A DNA stretch of 64,000 bases, from NCBI GenBank assembly GCA_964016885.1, contig OZ024755.1, positions 36,146,001-36,210,000 on the forward strand, written 5' to 3'. The first letter of the stretch is position 1, and the number at the start of each line of letters is the position of its first letter. The notes under the pieces are model-generated. The model was not told the origin of the DNA. It saw nothing but the letters and a program-made list of their open reading frames with translations, and did not search any database. This stretch comes from Eledone cirrhosa. Lineage: Eukaryota. Shown piece by piece: positions 52,901 to 64,000 of the stretch. The position numbers and the translations under genes were made by a program.

Positions 52901-54583
52901 CAATATATCAAAGATATAGAGTCCTTGCGAGGTCTGCCAACTTATCAAGAGGATACCTCATTTTACTAGTCTCAAGAACGCGTCTACACGACGTGAGAAA
53001 GAATCCCAAAAGGCGGAGGGGGAGATAGTCACGCGATATAACGGTCGAGAAACAGAGCTAAGCCTCTTATAACCACGAAGAAAATACCACGGAGGCGGAG
53101 GGGGTATTCATATCGAGGCCGTAGAAGAGGTAGTGAAGAAGGCGAGAAGTATGAGTAATGGAAGCTTTCCAGTTGTCCCCACACTTCAAAGATTGCTCGA
53201 CCAGAGGGAGTTATTAATATATTTAAAAACACACAGATACATGCGGACACACACATATATACATGAATGCATCCGCACCCAACTGTGAGTTAAGGGTGCC
53301 AACTTCACCGATGTTGCTCAATGAATGACTGGGACAGACCAATTCAGTTTGAACCAGACTGAACCAGTATCAGAGTTAAAAATACATTATGAAGAGAGAA
53401 GAAACATTTAGATATAATTAGTAATAAAATGTATCATACCTAAACTGTTCCTAAATTCCTCGACTACGTAGTTTCGTGGCATAAACAAAAACAATATATC
53501 AAAGATATAGAGTCCTTGCGAGGTCTGCCAACTTATCAAGAGGATACCTCATTTTACTAGTCTCAAGAACGCGTCTACACGACGTGAGAAAGAATCCCAA
53601 AAGGCGGAGGGGGAGATAGTCACGCGATATAACGGTCGAGAAACAGAGCTAAGCCTCTTATAACCACGAAGAAAATACCACGGAGGCGGAGGGGGTATTC
53701 ATATCGAGGCCGTAGAAGAGGTAGTGAAGAAGGCGAGAAGTATGAGTAATGGAAGCTTTCCAGTTGTCCCCACACTTCAAAGATTGCTCGACCAGAGGGA
53801 GTTATTAATATATTTAAAAACACACAGATACATGCGGACACACACATATATACATGAATGCATCCGCACCCAACTGTGAGTTAAGGGTGCCAACTTCACC
53901 GATGTTGCTCAATGAATGACTGGGACAGACCAATTCAGTTTGAACCAGTATCAGAGTTAAAAATACATTATGAAGAGAGAAGAAACATTTAGATATAATT
54001 AGTAATAAAATGTATCATACCTAAACTGTTCCTAAATTCCTCGACTACGTAGTTTCGTGGCATAAACAAAAACAATATATCAAAGATATAGAGTCCTTGC
54101 GAGGTCTGCCAACTTATCAAGAGGATACCTCATTTTACTAGTCTCAAGAACGCGTCTACACGACGTGAGAAAGAATCCCAAAAGGCGGAGGGGGAGATAG
54201 TCACGCGATATAACGGTCGAGAAACAGAGCTAAGCCTCTTATAACCACGAAGAAAATACCACGGATGCATTCATGTATATATGTGTGTGTCCGCATGTAT
54301 CTGTGTGTTTTTAAATATATTAATAACTCCCTCTGGTCGAGCAATCTTTGAAGTGTGGGGACAACTGGAAAGCTTCCATTACTCATACTTCTCGCCTTCT
54401 TCACTACCTCTTCTACGGCCTCGATATGAATACCCCCTCCGCCTCCGTGGTATTTTCTTCGTGGTTATAAGAGGCTTAGCTCTGTTTCTCGACCGTTATA
54501 TCGCGTGACTATCTCCCCCTCCGCCTTTTGGGATTCTTTCTCACGTCGTGTAGACGCGTTCTTGAGACTAGTAAAATGAGGTA

Positions 54584-54671
54584 TCCTCTTGATAAGTTGG
54601 CAGACCTCGCAAGGACTCTATATCTTTGATATATTGTTTTTGTTTATGCCACGAAACTACGTAGTCGAGGA
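54584..54671 (+). ncRNA. type I hammerhead ribozyme (U3-A8 variant); predicted cleavage after C54666
   Basis: tcctc TTGATAA gttggca [44 nt] tgccac GAAAC tacgta GTC gagga: 5-bp stem I, stem II and palindromic stem III actacgtagt. Confidence 0.8.
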
Positions 54672-55174
54672 ATTTAGGAACAGTTTAGGTATGATACATT
54701 TTATTACTAATTATATCTAAATGTTTCTTCTCTCTTCATAATGTATTTTTAACTCTGATACTGGTTCAGTCTGGTTCAAACTGAATTGGTCTGTCCCAGT
54801 CATTCATTGAGCAACATCGGTGAAGTTGGCACCCTTAACTCACAGTTGGGTGCGGATGCATTCATGTATATATGTGTGTGTCCGCATGTATCTGTGTGTT
54901 TTTAAATATATTAATAACTCCCTCTGGTCGAGCAATCTTTGAAGTGTGGGGACAACTGGAAAGCTTCCATTACTCATACTTCTCGCCTTCTTCACTACCT
55001 CTTCTACGGCCTCGATATGAATACCCCCTCCGCCTCCGTGGTATTTTCTTCGTGGTTATAAGAGGCTTAGCTCTGTTTCTCGACCGTTATATCGCGTGAC
55101 TATCTCCCCCTCCGCCTTTTGGGATTCTTTCTCACGTCGTGTAGACGCGTTCTTGAGACTAGTAAAATGAGGTA

Positions 55175-55262
55175 TCCTCTTGATAAGTTGGCAGACCTCG
55201 CAAGGACTCTATATCTTTGATATATTGTTTTTGTTTATGCCACGAAACTACGTAGTCGAGGA
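55175..55262 (+). ncRNA. type I hammerhead ribozyme, second plus-strand copy
   Basis: Identical to 54584-54671, shifted by 591 bp. Confidence 0.8.
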
Positions 55263-55493
55263 ATTTAGGAACAGTTTAGGTATGATACATTTTATTACTA
55301 ATTATATCTAAATGTTTCTTCTCTCTTCATAATGTATTTTTAACTCTGATACTGGTTCAGTCTGGTTCAAACTGAATTGGTCTGTCCCAGTCATTCATTG
55401 AGCAACATCGGTGAAGTTGGCACCCTTAACTCACAGTTGGGTGCGGATGCATTCATGTATATATGTGTGTGTCCGCATGTATCTGTGTGTTTT

Positions 55494-55534
<41 letters not shown>

Positions 55535-55568
55535 ATAATAATACTACTACAGTAACTCCGTGTTACAC

Positions 55569-55638
55569 TTGTGTTCTCATCAGATAAAATAAGGTAACAT
55601 GATATCATGTTACCTTATTTCATCTGATGAGAACACAA
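55569..55638. repeat. 70-bp near-perfect loopless palindrome
   Basis: ttgtgttctcatcagataaaataaggtaacatgat|atcatgttaccttatttcatctgatgagaacacaa, with one mismatch. Confidence 0.92.
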
Positions 55639-55721
55639 TTTTTGTCCCAGGCTGATTTTTTATTCAAAATGCACATAATAAAATATATGGAACTCTTTTA
55701 ACCATCTTTTAATTTCTTCTT

Positions 55722-55770
<49 letters not shown>

Positions 55771-56585
55771 GTAGTTTTTATATAACAGAAAACAGTGTCT
55801 TTCAATAACCTTTCAGCTTGGCACAAGCTAATGCCATAACAGCGATGAATTAATCGCGTGTCGCAAAACTAATTCATCGCCGTTATATATATATATATAT
55901 ATTATTGTTTCATTATACAGCTATGTATATATTGTTTATATATTTCAATTAATATTGAAAATAAGAAAAAAAAATAGAAACTTAGTGAAATTTAGTAAAA
56001 TAGTTGGCTTTTTCATTAAGATTTTTTCATTAAACTTAACAAAAGCTCCTAGCATGCTAGAAGATTCTAAATTAAGTATCAACAATTTGAAATTTGAGGC
56101 TTTGTGTAATAAAATTAAGTGTGATCTCAGGCAGGTAAAAATATAAATATACACACTTTAAAATGAAGTTAACAAACAAATCAAATACATTTCAAAAGAT
56201 CAGCTCTCAGTTGACTATCATCCTTCTGTACATACGTATGTACGTATGTATGTATGTATGTATGTATGTATGTATGTATGTATGTACACACATACATAAA
56301 TACATACGTACAGGCATGTATGTATGTATGCATACATACATGATGGCTGCAACTCGATTTCGAGTAATGCCATCGCTTGATACTTATGTATGAGCATCAT
56401 AGATGTGGCTTTTTACTCTTATTAGGGACTTGCCTATGGCCAGCAATACGATGCATCGCAAAAAATGTCACATGTCACATATCAAGCGATGACTGTGCTT
56501 GAAGCTTTCTTAAGTAAAGAAATGCTTTGCATGCATTCATGCATGCTTACATAAATTACATACATACATACATACATTACCTCAC

Positions 56586-56790
56586 ATAGGAGACTGAAGT
56601 TAGCTGGACATGCTCATCAACATCCAGAGTTGACACTGCACTCAGTGCTCCTGTGGGAGCCCCTGCACAGACACACTAGAAGAGGGAGACCGGGGTTGAC
56701 GTATGTTGATGCTCTAAGGACAGACACAGGTCTCTTGGAGATGCAGGACATGGCAGCGATGAGGGGGGACAGAGACCGCTGGAGAGAACC
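56586..56790 (+). mobile_element. RTE-group LINE 3' fragment
   Basis: RRLKLAGHAHQHPE..VLLWEPLHRHTRRGRPGLTYVDALRTDTGL..DRDRWR. Confidence 0.75.
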
Positions 56791-57434
56791 CCGTCCATGG
56801 ATCTCAGGAATTTAGATAGATAAATACATTACATATATACACGAGGATTGCCCTCTCTTATTGATTCTTCATTGCCATCCCATTCGCGTCCAAGACTTTG
56901 TAGACCAGCTGCAGATCTGCAGGATTTACAACACAGGTGACAGAAGAGAGTTGTTCTTTCCACATACATATGAGCGAGACACGGTCACCCGATCAATCTT
57001 GCCTCAAGTGGGACAATTCACGTCTAACCCATGCTAGCATGGAAGATAGAAGTTAAACGATGATGATGATGATAAATACATTATACACACTACACACACT
57101 ACACACACACCCTATACACACCCTATACACACACACAGACACCCTATACACACACACACACTACACACACACCCTATACACACACACACACACAGACACT
57201 ATACACACACACACACACACACACACCCACACATAAATAAATTACATGACATATATAAGTGCATATATAAGTGCGTATGTGTTACACACACACAAATAAT
57301 ACAACTATATAATTTCATATGAGAAATAAACACATACATGCACATATTACTTCTATGGGTTAAAGATGGCAAATTAGAATTGTTAGGGTGTTGGTATTTG
57401 TTCCAGATGATTCTGCTCCGAGTTCAGAACTTAC

Positions 57435-57589
57435 CTCCGTCGATTGGGAGTTGCGACCAAGGGAAGAATGAAACACAATGATGATAAGGGTTAAATTCAA
57501 CACCAATATATTACAGATACTTCTTTCTAAACGATGAAACACTAACACAACTTCAGAAAGATTTAAATTCAGAAGCGAAGCATGAATGG
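57435..57589 (-). CDS. weak candidate exon (IHASLLNLNLSEVVLVFHRLERSICNILVLNLTLIIIVFHSSLGRNSQSTE), possibly non-coding
   Basis: Acceptor tatatctttgttcag|, consensus donor GAG|GTAAGT and an open frame; no recognised homology. Confidence 0.28.
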
Positions 57590-58901
57590 CTGAACAAAGA
57601 TATAAAGTGCCTGATCAAATAGTCTTTTGTTTGCTCTAAATATACTTGAGAGAGAGAGAGTAATGCACAGACAGACAAACAAAAACACTTAAGAGTATGA
57701 CTGTATACAAATATGAATACAAATAAGAATGCCCTACATATACAGATTTACACTTGAAAATAAACAATAAGATTCAGTACACAAAACAAAGATTCCATGC
57801 CATTCAAAAATAATACAAAAGTAGATGTAAAATAATACAAAAGTAGAAGAAAAAAAAAACGTGCTTGAAATCTCCAAGACTTAACTTCAAGTTATTTTCA
57901 ATGCAACTGTCAAAACTAATATAGCTAACAGGTGTCTAGAGTCCAATACAAAAGACTAATTTACATATGGGCCTTCCAGTGATATACACTCCTCTATCTA
58001 TCTATCCATCTTTCTATCTATATATCCTTTTCACACACACATACATGTCTTTTTTTTATTTCTTCTGCTGTATCCTCTCTTTCTGTCATTTTGAGGAACA
58101 TTTTTCAATTAACCCACAAGAAATCTTTTGCAATGCCTCTATTTCTCTTTGTCATTTAACATTTTACTGAAATCATCCTGAAAGTAATAACAGAATTTGT
58201 TTTGGGTAAAGAAAATGTAAAATTCTATACAGAAAGTTTTAGTTTGAAAGAAGAAGAAAAAAAAATCTTTAAATATGACAAATATTTCAGGATTTTTTTT
58301 TTTTTCTTTCCATTTTCCGGTTTTAGCTTTCAGATATTATTTATATATTTAAAAAAAAAAAAACAAATAAAAAAAAAAAAACACTTGTCTTAATATGATG
58401 TGGGTAGAAGACAATTTCTAATTGAAAACTCCACTCACCCTCTCCAACTCACCTGTTTATACAAGAAACTCTAAGAGAGAATTCAGAAACATGAAAGCAG
58501 TGACAACATTGAAGCCAATTTTGATATTATCATTGAGAATTGGAAACAAATATAATTAGAATTTGATAGAATTTTCTTTTTAATTACAAAGGTAATGTTG
58601 ATATTTTTTCTTTAACCTTACAGGCATTCAAAATATGAAATCTAACAAAATAGATATATAAAACTAACATTTAGAAAATCACCTATTATACCTCTTGGTT
58701 TTATATAAATTGTACAGTATACATCATTGTCACCATTTTAATGTCTATTTTATTTTTCTGCTTATATATATATGAGAGAGTGTGTGTGTGTGTGGTATGT
58801 GTATATATATGTATACACACACACATATATACATATATATATACACATATACATGTATATATGGACACATATACATATATACATATATATACACACACAC
58901 A

Positions 58902-58933
<32 letters not shown>

Positions 58934-59003
58934 CACACATATATATATATACATATATATATATATACACATATATATATATACACACACGCACATATAT
59001 ATA

Positions 59004-59397
59004 TACAGTCAGTAGGCATCTCTAACAAAATACACCCCCGCCCCATCCACACCGCCCCTTTCAATGTAAAGTTATGTTGGTGCCACAACATCCAGGCCGA
59101 AACAAATGAGATCGTGTAGGTGTCACGACAAAAAAACACAGTCCACGCTGTAATGTGGCCGTGTAGGCAACACGGTAAAAACCTCCCAGCCCCACACTGT
59201 AAATGTGGTTGGTGTTAGGAAGGGCATCCAACTGTAGAAAACCCGCCAGACAGTCCTATGCGAGCAAGACAATCACTCTTGCCTCAAGTAGGAAAACTCC
59301 CGTCCAAACCCATGCAAGCGTGGAACACGGACGTTAAACGATGATGATGATATACACATATATATACATATATATATATACACATATATATACACAC

Positions 59398-59438
<41 letters not shown>

Positions 59439-59445
59439 TACACAC

Positions 59446-59476
<31 letters not shown>

Positions 59477-59965
59477 CATATATACACACACATATATACA
59501 CACACATATATACACACACATATATATATATACATATATATATATATGTACTAAGCGAAACCTACAGTCAGTAGGCACCCTTAAACAAATATACACCCCA
59601 ATCCACTACCCCTACCCTATCCTCCCACTCCCACCAACACCATCCTCTCTCTGTAAAGTTGCTACCACAACATCCAGTCCAAATAAATGAGATAATGAGA
59701 TCGAGATTGTGTAGGTGTCACGACAAAAAAAACACACACAGTCCACCCTGTAATGTGGCCGTGTAGGTAACACGGTAAAAAGTTCCCAGTTCCACACTGT
59801 AAACGTGGTTGGTGTTAGGAAGGGCATCCAGCCATAGAAAGCCTGCCAGATAGTTCTACATGAGCGAGACAGTCACCCGACCAACCTTGCCTCAAGTGGG
59901 ACAACTCCCGTCTAACCCATGCTAGCGTGGAAGATGGACGTTAAACGAAGATGATGATGATGATA
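59004..59965 (+). mobile_element. two related SINE 3' halves with (GAT)n tails, separated by (TA/CA)n
   Basis: tacagtcagtaggca ... ggttggtgttaggaagggcatcca ... ggacgttaaacga occurs twice. Confidence 0.75.
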
Positions 59966-59990
59966 TATACACATATATATATATATACAC

Positions 59991-60035
<45 letters not shown>

Positions 60036-60110
60036 CACACACATATATATATACACACACATATATATACATACACATATATATACACACATACATATAT
60101 ATATATACAC

Positions 60111-60141
<31 letters not shown>

Positions 60142-60410
60142 TATACATATATATGTGTATATATATATATGTGTGTGTGTATATATATATAGATAGATAT
60201 ATATATATACTTATATAGGTGTATATAGATATATATATACATATATACATATATAGATATATATAAATACACATACAGAGATATTTTAACCACTAAATCT
60301 TCAGATGCAAAGCTGAAACAGTCCAAGAGAAAACAAATAAGTGATGAGCTTTGCTTCTGAAATATCATGCCAAAGTACACTGGGTAAACTTATTACTTTG
60401 TTTTGTTTCA

Positions 60411-60813
60411 TTTTACAGTGTAGACTGGGAGCTTTTTGTTGTGGTACTAAAATGACCACTTTACAGTGTAGACTGGGAGCTTTTTGTTGTGGCACTAAAA
60501 TGACCACTTTACAGGGTAGACTGGGAGCTTTTTATTGTGGCATTAAAATGACCACTTTACAGGGTAGACTGGGAGCTTTTTGTTGTGGCACTAAAATGAC
60601 CAATTTACAGGGTAGACTGGGAGCTTTTTATTGTGGCACAAAAATGACCACTTTACAGGGTAGACTGGGAGCTTTTTATTGTGGCACTAAAATGACCACT
60701 TTACAGGGTAGACTGGGAGCTTTTTATTGTAGCACTAAAATGACCACTTTACAGGGTAGACTGGGAGCTTTTTATTGTGGCACCAAAATGACCACTTTAC
60801 AGTGTAGACTGGG
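60411..60813. repeat. 48-bp tandem array (about 8 copies) derived from the SINE internal repeat
   Basis: Unit accactttacagggtagactgggagctttttattgtggcactaaaatg; compare tttacagtgtagactgggtgctttttgtc at 48428. Confidence 0.9.
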
Positions 60814-62109
60814 GATTAAATATTGTATACTGTATTAAATTTCATTTTTCTTTTCTTCATTTTTATCTATTTCTCTTTGATTTATTTGCAGTTTCATTTC
60901 TGCTGGAGTATGAAGAAGACATTTTGAATGTGAGGTGTCAACCACCTGAACCAAATAAAATACTTGAAATTACATTCTAGAATTAATCCATCAATTTCAG
61001 CGTTTGTGTAATGTGTACTTTATCAGCCGGCATTGTCAGCTCTGTTTCCAAACTTTCTACTCTCTTTAGCTTCTACTGGAACTAACAATGGCAACCCCTC
61101 AAACTTTGAGCATGTGATCCTGGCTAAATAACACTGTTACTCCCAGTGCCATCACTAACCTTGGAAAGAAAATATCTACTAACAATTTTGCATCAACTAA
61201 GACCGTTAATGAATGCTAAAAACTTTTCTGTAATATACAAGGCCTGTACCTTTCAAATTCTTAACCTCATACTTAGGAGAAGAAAACAAAAACAAAATAC
61301 CCTAACAACGTTAATGTGTTCCTTCAATTTCTAAGTTTTTAGGATAACTTCAACTAAAACTTTTGCTTTTTCAAACTTTGACCATAAAGCAACACTAACA
61401 AGTTTCTGGCATGGCATGAACAAACAAAACATATATGACTTCAACTATGCTTTTTCAAAACACAACGGATCATATATTCACTCTTAGGAAGGAAAAAGTA
61501 AATATACTTCAACAGCTTTGAGGATGACTTCAACTTCAGAGTTTGTGTAACATTTATCAGCTCCATTGTTAGACATTCCCTTTAGCTTCCATTGTCGTTA
61601 ACAATGACTACTGTTTTTGTTTTTTTGTTTTTTTTTACCAATACCATTTAGTCACATTTATCATACACATCATCATCATCGTCATTGTCATTTTTATGCT
61701 GTCATTGGTTGACTTAGACATTTTAAGGCAGTGTTCAGTAATCAGAGGTCTTCCTGACCACAATCCACATTTGTTTCTTACCTAATGTAGGGATCTTTAC
61801 ACAGCTAAATGCTGAGACATAAAACTTCTCTTTATGCAAAATTTAAACAAACATCACTGTCTGTATTAGCAATGTTAAATATGAAGCAAAGAGAGTTTGT
61901 CTACTGATGTCATTAGCAAAGAATTGGTTAGCTTCATGTTTACAATATAAGACACTTGCTCAAGGTTTCTGGCAGTGAAGGCACAGAAACTAAAAGCACA
62001 AAGTTGCAAAGCAAGCAACTTAACCACACAGCAAGCCATTCCGACATGAAGCAAAAATAAATATACAAACAAACTGTTCAATCCTTCCTAACTTATGTGA
62101 TACCAAGTA

Positions 62110-62860
62110 ATCATCATCATTGTTTTACATCCATTTTTCCACTCTAGCATGGGTTAGTCAAGTTGTTGTGGGCAATGCAAGGTCAGGTAACCATGTCTTG
62201 CTCATACAGAACTGATTCTGGCTTTGTTTCTACAGCTGGATGCCCTTCCTAACACCAACCTCATTTACAGTGTGGACTGGGTGCTTTTTTGCCATGACAC
62301 CTACACGACCACTTTACAGTGGGAAAGGGGTGGAGGCACACTGTATATATATGCTTCAGCTTTGGTCTGTACCCGTGGGGAGTTGGGAAGTCTGGTTGGA
62401 AGTAAAAGTGTAGACATCTAACATAGCTCCGCGCTGGCATTTACTGTACTGAAACACATTGGCACAGCGTACCTGTAGCTTCATGGAACTCTTGTGATCA
62501 TCATCATCATCATCATCATCATCATTTTACATCCGCTTTTCCCTGCTTGCAAGGGTGGGACGGGTCCTTTTCAGCACAGCATCTCTCCACTTTTCCCGGT
62601 CCTTCGTCATCTCCTCTGTGAGCTTCAGCAATTTGAGGTCAGCTCTCACCACCTCCACCCATGATTTTCATAGTCTTTCTCTACTGCGTCTTCCTTCCAC
62701 CAGAATTTCTTGGCACTTCTTTACCCAGCGGTCATCTTCCATGTGCATCACATGTCCATACCAACACTGTCTTCTCTCCTGCACATTAGTTTATCCCTCT
62801 TATACATAGCTTCACTCTCAATTTGTCCATACTTGTTCATTGACATACATTGACATTGAT
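62110..62860 (-). mobile_element. SINE 3' half (62110-62370) and RTE LINE 3' fragment (62498-62860)
   Basis: Reverse complements of the SINE and LINE families seen at 8826-9190 and 7700-8070. Confidence 0.78.
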
Positions 62861-63113
62861 ATTTGATTATCATCGTATCAGAGACACAAAGACAATCCTT
62901 CTTCAATAGAATTGAATATTTCTGGAACATTTAACTCATTTATATTTTCACCACAAATAATTGTTCTACTGTTTCAGATTAAATATTAACTGCCTTACAT
63001 TCACTTTATCATTGTACCTCTCCAGATCTAACAGGCGCCATAAATATATCTAGCAATGAATACTTCCCCAGGAAAAAATAAAAGCAAAAAAACAAACATA
63101 CATAATACACTAC

Positions 63114-63159
<46 letters not shown>

Positions 63160-63256
63160 ACAGGGTGTGTATATTTCATAGCAACAGATCATTTCAACAT
63201 ACAAAACAGAGTTATGGAATGTGTATATATATTTATGTGAAATGTGTGTGCATGTG

Positions 63257-63589
<333 letters not shown>

Positions 63590-64000
63590 GAAATATAAGA
63601 ATCAAAGAACTGTTCAAAACATTATTGTGCTTACAGCTGTTTCCTCCAAACCGAGGTTTGGATTCTTCGGAGCAATTTATTAATGCATGGACAGTTATAT
63701 GACCTCCTTTTCAGCCGAGAGACATACCAATACATATTCAAACATTGATACATATTCAAACATTGTGGGTCAACATTCATTACAGAATTTAGAGTGGCAG
63801 TACACACTTCGAGATTACATTTATATTAATAGGTACAATCAAAAATCAAAGATATAGGTTAAAGTACAACATGAAGATAAGTGGTTATATAGTGCAAATG
63901 TTATATGTGTGGCACGCATGTGCGTCTTGTTTATATAGTGTGGCAGAGAGATATGTGTGGTAGAGGCACTTAGGTAGGTAAATAAGAGTGTTAGGTTGGT
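63590..64000 (-). mobile_element. probable Penelope-like element pseudo-LTR, extending past the window edge
   Basis: A minimal HHR sits near the 3' end, which abuts (TA)n, and there is an upstream tatataaa; no ORF is visible in the window. Confidence 0.5.
63628..63674 (-). ncRNA. Penelope-type minimal hammerhead motif (U4C change)
   Basis: Minus strand: tgct CCGAAGA a-tccaaacc-tc-ggtttgga-g GAAAC agct GTA agca, with palindromic stem III acagctgt. Confidence 0.65.

Larger units (their letters stand above)
49839..55502. mobile_element. 591-bp hammerhead-bearing tandem/inverted array (retrozyme-like or Penelope-derived)
   Basis: Units start at 49839, 50430, 51021, 51612, 52203, 52794, 53385 and 53966 (unit 7 lacks 10 bp). 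The array inverts at 54262-54265, with inverted units at 54262, 54853 and 55444. (TA)n lies on both sides. Confidence 0.92.

Noticed and set aside
50074-55099. 75-aa ORF repeated in every 591-bp unit
   Set aside because: It has no recognisable domain and starts in a (TG)n-like stretch; its repetition only reflects unit identity. The unit length is divisible by 3, but this frame has a stop, so endless translation in it is unsupported.
55624-55640. CTGATGAG hammerhead-like core
   Set aside because: No stem II or GAAA follows; it is part of a DNA palindrome.
60892-60980. Plus-strand acceptor followed by SFLLEYEEDILNVRCQPPEPNKILEITF*
   Set aside because: The acceptor is good, but no upstream exons or homology can be supported.

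Overview
This is AT-rich eukaryotic DNA saturated with repeats. The tRNA-derived CORE-type and Deu/Nin-type SINEs, the RTE LINEs with (GAT)n tails and the dense microsatellites suggest a cephalopod (Octopus-like) genome; that assignment is an inference. No intact protein-coding gene is recognisable. There are only one or two weak candidate exons, and nearly all ORFs in the track come from repeats. The main result is a family of hammerhead-ribozyme (HHR) elements inserted in (TA)n tracts. The largest is a 5.7-kb array of near-identical 591-bp units (7.5 copies in one direction, 2.1 copies inverted). Each unit carries a type I HHR with a compensated U3-A8 core, a palindromic stem III and a large stem II insert, and the junctions fit reverse transcription of a circular RNA (retrozyme-like). 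A 316-bp element of different sequence has 46-bp terminal redundancy and the same HHR core variant. Two Penelope-style minimal HHRs are also present. A second theme is that most minisatellites here are amplified internal pieces of LINEs, SINEs or MITEs. All RNA structures were read by eye and not computed.
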